Shown here: positions 37,701 to 48,471 of the stretch, in pieces
Numbering within the stretch: position 1 is the first letter of the stretch
Layout: each line of letters starts with the position of its first letter
Source of the DNA: Lingula anatina
Lineage: Eukaryota > Animalia > Brachiopoda
Assembly: GCA_051362555.1 (NCBI GenBank)
Contig: CM120641.1
Location: 7,254,001-7,318,000 of the forward strand
Length of the DNA stretch: 64,000 bases
Reading direction: 5' to 3'
Program-made: the position numbers and the translations under genes
Notes under the pieces: model-generated
The model's input: only the letters and a program-made list of their open reading frames with translations
The model's database searches: none
What the model was told of the DNA's origin: nothing

Positions 37701-39205
37701 GTTCAAGGGATTTAGGGAACTTCGTTAACGGAAGATCGTCAGCGAGAGATCATTATTTCACTCTCCCCCCCCCCCCCCCCCCCCCCGGACCCCAGACACA
37801 CACACTTTGGATTTAAAAAATATCTTTTTCATTTTATCTTTAAACAGCCCCCCCTCCCCCGCTCACGGTATATATTCGGTGGAGAATCGTTCGCGTACTA
37901 TCCTCAGGACTTTGTTCGCGTAAGATCATATCAGAGGGAGATCGTTCGCGATCCTAGCTTGACGTAAAGGCAATTTTCATATCATCGTCGGGAGATTGTT
38001 CGCGATGTAAGCAATAATAAAATGCAGTTTTCATATTAGTTCAAGGAACTTAGTTTGCAAACGATCGTCAGCGGGAGATCATTATTTTAACCCCCCCTCC
38101 CATTTGAATATTATAAATAATATATATTTTTAATTTCATCTTTAACCCCCCCCCTTCCCCGCTCACGGCATACATGTATCTTCGGCGAATAATCGTTTGC
38201 GTAATATATCGCCAGGACTTTGTTCGCGTAAGATCGTCAGAGGGAGATCGTTCGCGATCCGAGCGAGACGAAAAGGCAATTTTCATATCATCATCGGGAG
38301 ATCGTTCAGTTTTCATATAAGTTCAAGAAACTTAAATTGCGGAAGATCGTCTGCGGGAGCAATTATTTTAACTCCCTGTACATTTTTAGGAAGTTACAGA
38401 TGGTACTTTTAGAAGGCCTGACATTCAATCCTGGGAAAAGCCCTGCATGCAACAAACGTTGCCAAGTGCATAATTTTTTTTAAATATGTCGCGGCCAGGT
38501 TATAATGCAAGGAGGCAATTAAGCTTATCTTGATCCTTCTCCTCTATCAGGAGGTATGTTTCTTACCGAGAAGATAATTCTCAACACATTTTCGGGTACA
38601 GTAAGTTAAATTTAACTTAATCGAGATGCAGTAATAAATATATTATTATTTACCACCAGAAAACGACTTAGGAAGTAGTTTTAAATATCCCACAATATAG
38701 GAGGGTCAAAGATAACAGTCGCTAAGGATAAAAGCCCAAAGGCCGGATTTTTGAAAATTTCGTCATACCCAGGAGTCGGGGAGAGGTAATTTTGAAAAAT
38801 TAGTCGGATTTACACAATTAAAAATATTAATTAATTTTTAAGCGACGAAATTTTCAAGACTTTACCGTAAATCACTTCTTTTTGTACATACATATACATG
38901 AGTACAAATCAAACTTTTGAAACATAAATTGACAGATAAATGGCCTCAATTAATATTGCAAAAAATAACCATATTCACTGTTCATCAGTCATCTTGAGAC
39001 AGTTTTAAATAATGCAGGTCATGGCTTGTGTGTCTGGCGATATCAGGAAATGTTTCAATGGAATAGGGTATCTGAAAAAAAAAAAATGCTTCAGTGGAGG
39101 GGGGGTGGGGGTTCAAGCTTTGCCTTTAAAAATTGGTACAGAGTAATGGCAAAAGGAAATATTAAATGTAAGTCACGGGGGAGGAAATGCTGTTTACCCA
39201 TTTGA

Positions 39206-39239
<34 letters not shown>

Positions 39240-42200
39240 GGGGAAAATTCTGTCTTGAAAGGTTTTTAAGTTATTTACATTTTTCACAAAGACATAATAA
39301 GAAATTATGCTGATGATATGACATGACATGATTTTGTTTATTGTACTTTTCAGGATGCCTGCCTATGACAGCAATCCATTGTATGCCATCTTTTTCATCA
39401 GCTACATTTTCATTTGCTTGTATATTTTTGCCAGTATTGTATTGGCTGTCATTTACAACAACTACAAGCAAAATCTTAAGGCAAGTATTGTAAATCTATT
39501 TTTCATTTGTTGCAAAACCATAGGCACTGAAGTTGCCAGAGTTGGAAATGTTAAGAAATTTCCTGGTCTTTGATTGATTCTGAAATAATATTGAGATTTA
39601 GTCAGACAAATTGGTAGTTATGTACTATATGTAATAGATAAATGGGGAGTGTGGATATCATATACACTACCTCTTTGGTGATGTGTGGCTAATTAATTGA
39701 ATGTGGTATACATGTATATATAGACATTCCTAGTTGTTATCCAGTGTGTCTCTGATGTACTCATGATATAACCACACTTGTGCACCAATTCACATCGAGA
39801 AGAGCCGAGTCTTCCTTTCATGTAGGTCCGCCATATTTAGGTCTCGGCCTTGCTAGACCTCAGCTCTTCTCAATGTGAATTCTCTCTAATACCAAACATC
39901 TGTTTTCTCTTTGATCTTTATAGAACTCTTAAATATTGGTTACCTTTGTATTTAAAATCAAAAGAATGTTTATACAAAATGGTGAAATCTAATGATTTTA
40001 TAATCTCCAAACCTTGTTGCAGAATGATGTGAAAAAATCGGTTCTAAACAAGAGAAAAAGGTTGATGAAAGCATTTGATATCCTTAAAGTGTGGAGGGAG
40101 TCCAGGTATATTGTGAATAGAGCAAGATGGCATAAATTGATGAAGATTGTAGCCCCAAACAGAAGTGAACTGCAGAGAGACCTTCTGCTGCATGTCTTGG
40201 ATGAAACTGGGGAAATGTGCCTAGGTGAGAGAAATGACAGGTCTGTTTAGATGGTTTAAATTTGAAAAAGGCCATCAGAGAGATACTGCATGTGTGATGT
40301 GAAAAGTCCCAGAACAAATGTGACATCAGTATTTGTAATGATTTAATTTTTATCTGATACTCAATAAGAACAGACCTAAAAATAAGTTATGCCTTATCAA
40401 AAGGTTTACTACTGATGGAATCATAAACATAAAAAGGAATGTTTAAAAAATCTGCTTTTGTTAGTTAATTAACATTTGCTCTTTCTTGATTATAAACTTT
40501 AACAAAACTGTAACATTAACCTTTTTCATTTTTTCCATGCTATATTTATGTTAAGATTTTCTATCCCGTTTTATTTTAAAGGAAGGAGCGAATTCCTGAA
40601 AGTGGCAGACATACTGAATATAGAACTGTCAGAAATTAAAGACAGATCATTGTTGCTTGAAAGATATTGCTTTAGATGCTACTTCTCCAAACCCAGCAAA
40701 CTGGTCCAGAAAATAATCAGACACCCGTAAGTTAGCTGATTTTTTTTTCTTCTTGGAGATGTTAATTAAAAGTTTTTGATATTATTTTTGAAGAAGAAAC
40801 CCATGACCCTGAGAACAGTAAAGTATTTGGATTGTTCATATAGTATCTAATGAGATAAATGTATTATTTATGGCACCACTTTTCTTGTAAATGGTTTTAC
40901 AGACGCTGTATCTGTATATATATGGGTATATATTATGATCACTATGTCTGCCTGTCATTTGTGGCTCGGCACTGTACGTTTGACGTATATCTGTTGTTTA
41001 TCTTGACACTGCCCAACCAGTTTTGCTTTGAATTTATTGAGTGGCTTTGTTTGGTAAAAAGGCAGGTTCCTTTTAAAAGATTAGCATGATCAGATTTCTT
41101 TTACAGAGCTTATTGATTTTTTTGTCTTGTTTGTCTTATTTTGTTTTGTTTGCATATATTTTGGTGACAGTCACCTCATCAATATAAAACAGTGTATTTT
41201 TCGTTAAAATTATATTTCATATTTGTATGATTTCAGTGTGTGATTTCATTTGGTTTCCTTTAGAAATTTTTACAAAAGTTGATGTTTAATTTTAGGAATG
41301 TATCTGTCCATGTTGCGGTGGATGTGACATTTTTTGTCAAGTGTCTGTATATTTGCAGTCTTTGCTGCTAATTTAAAAATTAATTCAAAAGACTTATTAT
41401 TATTCTGAAAATGATTTGCAGATAAAAACAGAATGGTTTAGTTATTTGTTAACTGTATTTTGAGAACTTAACTTACATTTCAGATATTCCCGGAATGCCA
41501 TTGGAGTTATTATCATACTGAATTCCTTGGTGATGGTTATTGAAGATAAAATTCCAGTAATTTCTGATGCCTTGGAGTGGACATTTTTAGGCATATTTTT
41601 AGTGGAAATTATTCTGAAATTTTATGTCTTTGGATGTAGAAGATTCTTCAGCAGATTCTGGAATATGTGAGTATTTTGTACTCAGTTTTAGAATAAACCT
41701 TTTTTTAAATGAGTAACTAGATGCTGACGATGGGTAGCCATTGTATATCCCTGCACTTCCTCACACTGAAACGAGTATCTCACCCTCAGGGACTGCATGC
41801 CCTAGATGTTTGACAATGCCTGGGTCCTATAAGTGATTGCAAGTAATCTTCCTGATAATTTTTTTCATAGATACTTTTTAATGCGCAGATGTGCATGATG
41901 TAGTGTGGGAATAATGAATTTAAATAATGTGTTTTTCAGAGTTGATAGAGAAGTTTAAAAATAAAATATTTTGAGAAGTTTGTATTTTACCTTATTTGAG
42001 AAACAATATTTTAATGGTTTAAAGATGCTATTTAATATGGAAAATAAAGATTATGAGCCACTACAAAAGCTTGCACATTTTATTTTCCTTCATTTCAGCT
42101 TTGACTTTGTAGTTGTCGGTGCTGCTTTGGTGGCAAGATTAACTAATGTCATATTACAAACAGGTATGTATCTTTGATTGCTGCATGTTTACAAGTTTGA

Positions 42201-45200
42201 GTAGAAACTTACTGAATCCTGTTACATTATCCTACACATTTTTGGTTGCACATAAGGCAGAATAGAAAACAGAATGATTCTACATTCTACATTTTTTCTT
42301 GTGAATTTTAAATATCTTAACAGTACACATTTTGTATAGAACCTGTAATTATTTGGAACAGATAAGCAGATCGGGTTTTTTTTTTTCAGTGGGCGATACA
42401 GGGGATTCTCAGAAAGCACTGGAATTTATTCTGATCCTTCGAATCTTGAGACTTATGAAGGTCATGGAAGGCATTGAGAGGTAAAATGAAGATGATCAAC
42501 ATTGGTTGATGCTGGTGTAATACCAGTTACATTATATGTGCAAAGGGGTGTTTTAATCTATAGAATATCATTTATTTTCCTTAATAATTCAAGAATATAT
42601 TATTTTCATCAGGCGAATGATTTGGTCTTGTATTAGTGCAAAATTGCTTTCATTGTTGCTTCAACGAAAATATTCATTAAATGTGTGTGAGTGTTTATAA
42701 ATACATTAGAACATAAAGGCACCAAAAAGTAAAAAAATATCAATAACTCACATACCTTATAATTCCCCAGTTGACATGAAGAAAAAAATCATAAGAAATA
42801 ATTTCTCAGCACAAGCCATTTTATTGTTATGGTGTTAAATTCTACAATTTTTTACTATTTTTTTACTTCATTTGTTTTCTGTAGGTTCAGAGTTGTCATC
42901 ATTACAGTTATGAACATAGGTCCTTCCATACTTACATATGGTGGTATTATGTTTGTAAGTAAACTTGTGATCTGTATAGTTCCTGGAGGGTTGGCTACTC
43001 TCGTTAATTAGGTTTAGCATCTTTACACTACTTAAGTTTTTAATTCTTGTTTTAATAAATATTATAATTCTTTCCTTTTCTATGATAAGTAAGTAAGGCT
43101 TGACACATTGACATAATATCTGTTTTCAGATATTTTACTATTTTTTTGCAATCATCGGTGTGGAATTGTTTGAAGGTAAGGTTTCTTTCCATGGATACAA
43201 CAACATAACAGATCCATCCCAGCAGTTCTGTGGAAACCCTTTGTTGAATGGCTCTGACTTCTACATCCTACAATATTGTAAAAACAACTTCAACGACATC
43301 TTACATGCAATGATTATAATGTTTGAATTAACAGTGGTAAACCAGTGGCACGGTATCCTTTTGGAAGACTGTTTTACTTAGATATTGAATTTTTTATCAT
43401 TTTCTATCGATTGAGTATTTAATTTCTTTTGAAAAATAGCTACAATTATTTTATTTTATTTTCTCTTTTAATTCTAGAATATCCTCTCACCACAATACTA
43501 TATACCCAGTACACAATTAGCAGTTTAATATGAATTTTTAAATATTTAAATTAGGGTTCCTTTTAAATATTAAAATAATATAAAAGGAGCCATTGTCTTC
43601 CGTAGATAATTTTGATATATTTAATGTCAAAGCAGAAATAACTTTAACTGACTCAAGTCATCACGGCTGGTTATGTTCAGGTCACAAGCAAAGCAGCAAG
43701 ACTTTATTTCTTTGCATTTCATTTGATAAATGTTATCATGATACTGAAGTGAGTTGAAGGCATTCTCAGTTTATAAAATATTATTTTTCACTAAAGTATA
43801 ATTTAAAAATTTGCAGTAATATTTAAATAATTATCATAAATGAAAAAAATGTTAATTTTTAAGTGTATCTTTGGATTCTTTTGGTCAAACTACTTATTAC
43901 AAGTTTGTAGATTATTTTGTAAATGGATGGTGTTTTTCTTAATTATTTTCTTTTGCTTTTTCTGTGTCTTTTCAGTATATTTGTAGCTTTTGTATTGGAA
44001 GCCTTTATCTTGGAGTATTCTCTGTCCAATCGTGAACTGATTTGCAATATTGAGAGGAAAATTGAGGAACTTGGACTTAACACAGACCGCATTGTGTATG
44101 TAATGATCCAGTTTAGTGTGAATTATGCCCCATTCAGAATGGATGATCCGAGTACTAACTAATTCACCAACTAAATAGGGCTGTCCACACTTCAAAAGAG
44201 ATTCCTGATTGTCTCCCCACCTCCACGCATGTCATTAAATGGCTTAAATCTTGCTCCGAGGTTTAATTGCTAGGCCCCTGCAGTGATGGCGCATATGTGG
44301 AGGCAGGTAGACCACCATATTTAGTTGGGGGATCAGATAGTACTTGGATAATCTATTCTGAATGGGGCCTTAGACTAGGCCAGATCAGAATTCAGATCCT
44401 CACTAGATTAGTTTTCATTTTGCCTGGGCCAGATCAGGTAGAATTTAAAACACATTTTAAACACAGTTTAAATTTTGGCATCTTTAATAAGGATTTTATC
44501 TCAATGAATTATTGCAATGGTAGAATCATGAATATTTCAAGTTTACATAGAGTGCATAATTTTTATTATTAATATTTGATAACAACATTTCATTTTTTAT
44601 GACATTATTTGCCATTGAATTATTTCATTGAATTATTTCATGAAAGATAATAAACATTTATTATGTGTTTAATACTCTGGTCTGACTTAGATGAAATGAA
44701 AAAAAAAGAAAACTACATAGTCAAGCTAAGGCAAGTTCACAACTGGAATAGATGCTGATTTGGCCTGATATATTATATTATATTATATTATATTATATTA
44801 TATTATATTATATTATATTATATTATATTATATTATATTATATTATATTATATTATATTATATTATATTATATTATATTATATTATATTATATTATATTA
44901 TATTATATACAGAACTCCTAAAGCCATTGTGAACATGAGAAGAAATAGTGCCGTAGTTAGGAGGAACAGTGTTTCAAGGTAAGGGTGTAATTTTTTAATA
45001 TTTAGTTTTTGAGTCACTCTATTACTGGAGATAAAGAATGGTTAATTTTACTCTTGATGGTAAAAATTAAAATTTAAAACTGGAAAATTGGTTCACAGAA
45101 GATTAAGTTTTCTCAACTGTTAAATATGACAGACCTTGGTGATTTAGGGATGTATCGAAATTTCCTGGATTTTTTCTATATGTAAAGATCTGATGTGCAT

Positions 45201-45965
45201 TGTATGCCTTCAATGTGGCATCATTAATCTTCTTTCAGATCAAACAATGGTAGTAGGCCAAGCAGAGGCAACTGTCATAATCTTGAAATATTAGAACCTT
45301 CTCAACTTGGCTCCATAAGGAAAGGGAGTATCGAAGAATCACGAATGGAACAGCTGAAATTTCACCTTAAAAAGAAAAGTTAGTTCTTCTCTAAATTTTA
45401 TAATCTTTTGTCTTAAACAACCCATGGATTCATTCCTAAGAAACCAGCATTCCTGTTTAGTCTGTAGATCTGCCATTTATCCTCTGTCACAGTATCCAAA
45501 GTATATTATCTGGTGTCTCTAATAGACCATTCCCACAGATATTTAGACCGATCTATCCCCCTGGGGAGTCTCACTAGATTGCTGTTAAATTTATTATTTA
45601 TTTCTTGAGATTTACTAGTAATTCTAATTCTAATAATAAGCAATTGCAGTGTTTTGTCAAATAGCCAGGAAAAGTACCTATAAATCAATTTCTGAAGGCA
45701 AATGTTACTTATTACCATTTTGACAATTTTATTTTTAAAAAGATATCCTTACAGTACAAATATTTTTATGGCCAGCCTTGATATAATTTGAAATTGATCA
45801 GTCTGTGAAAAAAATTCTTTCTCTCTCTCATCAGGTCGCAAAAAGATGGAGGTTCTTTTGATGAACATGTTTGAGAAAGAGTTAAGTGACAGTGACTTTG
45901 AAGATGATCCTGAACAATATGAAGTTGCACATCCAACCCAGCTGTGTCTAGAAACTGTTGTTTAA
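32553..45965 (+). CDS. TPC3-like two-pore channel, copy 2 (derived paralog), 21 coding exons; start codon uncertain
   Basis: Exons ~32553-32843, 33497-33700, 33922-34004, 34880-35000, 35235-35363, 35729-35851, 36186-36304, 36452-36553, 39354-39480 (GC donor), 40023-40224, 40582-40726, 41484-41666, 42099-42163, 42390-42480, 42885-42954, 43130-43352, 43658-43748, 43976-44095, 44913-44978, 45239-45378, 45835-45965. Open frame throughout; VTTANFPD and TVVNQWH filters; ends ETVV*. Confidence 0.88.
34214..34683 (+). mobile_element. Non-autonomous Helentron (HINE)-like insertion in a copy 2 intron
   Basis: Starts ttacctctgacaaggtggttatg and ends ccttggcagagttttgcgctctctgaatgcttttc; absent from the matching copy 3 intron (~50350). 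Confidence 0.6.
36643..38867. mobile_element. 2.2-kb non-autonomous DNA transposon (Tc1/mariner-like, TA TSD) with internal tandem repeats
   Basis: Perfect 25-bp TIR CGGTAAAGTCTTGAAAATTTCGTCG flanked by TA on both sides; repeated subterminal TTGAAAATTTCGTC; internal repeats of GGGAGATCGTTCGCGAT; absent from the 164-nt matching intron of copy 3. Confidence 0.9.
43353..43657 (+). other. U12-type GT-AG intron in TPC3 copy 2
   Basis: 5' GTATCCTTT, branch-like ACTTTAAC about 9 nt before the terminal AG, no polypyrimidine tract. Same position as the AT-AC intron of copy 1. Confidence 0.85.
44127..44369. mobile_element. MITE of the GGCCCCATTCAGAAT family
   Basis: Ends gccccattcagaat and attctgaatggggc; absent at the matching copy 3 position (~57370). 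Confidence 0.7.
44769..44907. repeat. (TATTA)n pentanucleotide microsatellite
   Basis: ~27 perfect units directly before the acceptor at 44911-44912. Confidence 0.95.
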
Positions 45966-46464
45966 TTTCTTTTTCACTATGAATACCTCACCCAGAAGTT
46001 GCATTTAAGACATTTTCTTCCAGTTTACTCTTATGCAGTCCATTTAGACACTTAAAAATTCATTTGGTCATTTTTATATACTGATACCAGTCACTTAATC
46101 AATATTGTGCTCACAAATTCATATATTAAGTATTACTTGTGAATTTACAGACATTTTAGAATGACATTCATTGCCTTTCACAGACTATGTGTGAGACATC
46201 ATTTTGAACAAGTACCATTTTTACTCACAAATTTTTGTAAACTAAGACCCACCAAAAAGTGGTCCATGTAAATGCATCTCAATTCCCAGAATATCACTTT
46301 AGAAAGCTTGGAATTTAAGCATTTAAAGCTTTTAAAAGTTGTTTTGTGTTGTTTTTATGACTCAGAAGTGATATATCAATAAACCAAAAGTTACGTGTAT
46401 GTGGAACATGACATAAAATGAGAATTTGAATAAAATGTGTATTTCTGCAAAACCTTATATACCT

Positions 46465-46571
46465 GGGCCCCGTATCTCGAAAGCTTTGCTATGTTGTGCA
46501 CATGCGCAAGCGTCTCGATTCCATTACTCGCCTATACTCGTCCCATATAATACACTGTAGATACGGGGCCC
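46465..46571. mobile_element. Short MITE
   Basis: 13-bp TIR GGGCCCCGTATCT / AGATACGGGGCCC. Confidence 0.6.
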
Positions 46572-46703
46572 TGTAGACATAAAGAACAGCACAAATCTTC
46601 ATCAACCTCACAATGTTAATACTTCACTTTACTTGATTTACTTCACTTAACAACAATAGTGAATATAAATGTGAAATTAGTTTTGTTGGATCTCATTTTT
46701 CGA

Positions 46704-47128
46704 TAGTTAATAAGTTTTCATTTACAATAGATCCATGCACATAATGAATTTACCTTTTGGCTGTTTTCTCTGTTCACTCTGACAGACTTGGTCACAACTG
46801 AATTACCTGTTCAGGTGAAGGTGAACAGGTAATTACCTCAGTTTTGATGATGACTTGTTAGTCAAAAGAAGGGAAAACACACCATGAAGAGAAATGAAGG
46901 AGCACACAAACTGCTTCATGTGTATGATGATATTCTCAAACCCACCCTCAGGGGTGGGGGCCAGAGGCACTAACATAGTCATCATCAAGACTAAAGTAAT
47001 TACTTAGCTGTTCACCTTCACCTGAACAGGTAATTTAGTTGTGACCAAGTCTGTCAGAGTGAACAGAGAAAACAGTCAACAGGTAAATCTAATATGTGGA
47101 TCTATCATAAATGAAAACTTATTGACTA
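46704..47128. mobile_element. Foldback element with ~160-bp inverted arms
   Basis: ctgttttctctgttcactctgacagacttggtcacaact versus agttgtgaccaagtctgtcagagtgaacagagaaaacag. Confidence 0.8.
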
Positions 47129-47191
47129 CTAGTGAATTAAGCATACTTTGTTTTCTCTTAATTAGAACATATAAAACCTTAAGTGGTTCAA

Positions 47192-47357
47192 TGGGGCCCT
47201 ATAAATAATCTGAAGGTTCATTTGTCAGAAGGTCTGATAGTCCAAATTAATGCCTGAATAAAGTGTATAGTTTACTGGCAATAAAGTAAAGTTCATCAGA
47301 GGCAGATACAAATGATTTTTGGGACCAGTGAAGCTTTGGATCATCGGAACGCCCCCA
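47192..47357. mobile_element. 166-bp insertion with TGGGG...CCCCA ends and 6-bp TSD GTTCAA
   Basis: gttcaa|tggggc ... gccccca|gttcaa; the paralogous empty site (gtgcttcaacat) is at ~59850. Confidence 0.7.
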
Positions 47358-47686
47358 GTTCAACATATCTGTATTTGATGTACTTATAAAGCACAACATA
47401 AACATTATCCAAAAACACCAAAATTAATGTAAAGTTGGTGGTAAATTACTCTTCTCCACACATTTTAATTAAAATGCTGACATTGAAAAGGGTTGGCAAC
47501 ACAGAAATGGAGAATTGATATATATAACGGGGTCTGTATGAAATCTCTTGATCTTAACTGAACACCATTTACAGTGCATCTCTCCATAGCAAGCTTTGCC
47601 TTCAAAATGCATAGATTTATCAAGTCCTATATTATCTTTTGATATATTCCTGCTAAAGAAGAAAATTTGACTCCAATACCGGTGAC

Positions 47687-47693
47687 TATAAAT
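47687..47693 (+). promoter_or_regulatory. TATA-like box upstream of TPC3 copy 3
   Basis: Paralogous to 32319; the context ttgactccaatacc(a/g)gtgactataaata is conserved. Confidence 0.35.
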
Positions 47694-48471
47694 ATCTGAA
47701 CCTTGCTGGACCAGGAAGTTTTTGTTTTATCTGTTATCAAAAGGTGCAGTATATTTTTCACCACTTTTAAGTAGAAAACAATAAAGACTTATCTATTTGC
47801 CTTATATACATTGAGTGCCTGGGTAGAGCATTATAACTTCTGTGTCTTGTTAACGTTGTCTTTTTTTTTTTTTTACACTGAATTTTTCCAAGAATTGATC
47901 CATAGGTGAAGAAACTTGTTGTATATCTTAATATAATACAGTATAACAAATAGTTTTGGTTGGAATGACATCATTATTTTGATGGCTTTCACTTTTTTCT
48001 TATAGATGCATCCATACCCTATAATGCTGGTTTGAGCTGTGGCATTATGTACATGTAGATGGGCAAAACAGACACTTGGATGAACTTCAGGATTTTATCA
48101 TTGTCTATTTATTATTAAGTCAGTGAAATATTTTTCTGTATTCCATGTACTGAAATGCCAATTAATTTTCCTTTTTAAATTTGAAACAGGTGAAGCATAA
48201 TCACAATGTTTTAAGATAAGTTTAACTTAGAAAAAGAAGAAAAAGCATATTTTAAATAATTACTCAAATGTAGCAACACAAAAGAACATGGCAAACGAGT
48301 GCTTCAATTCAAATGAAACAGTGGGTTCATAAAAGTAATTTTTTTGATTGGTGTTTAAGGGGAGATAGATTATGTCTGAGATAAGAATGGGGAAGCCCAT
48401 CCAGTTCTTTTACTGCTCCTAAAAGCATGATTTATGGTTGGGGTGTATTGGGAAAAGGCAGTGCTGAAAAG

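Noticed and set aside
37245-38412. Several short ORFs and regularly repeated motifs that look CRISPR-like
   Set aside because: These are internal tandem repeats of a TIR element in a eukaryotic intron; the spacers are not unique and there are no cas genes.
32553-45965. Copy 2 as a pseudogene or assembly duplicate of copy 3
   Set aside because: The frame is open across all 21 exons, and the introns differ substantially with independent insertions. Not fully excluded without reads.
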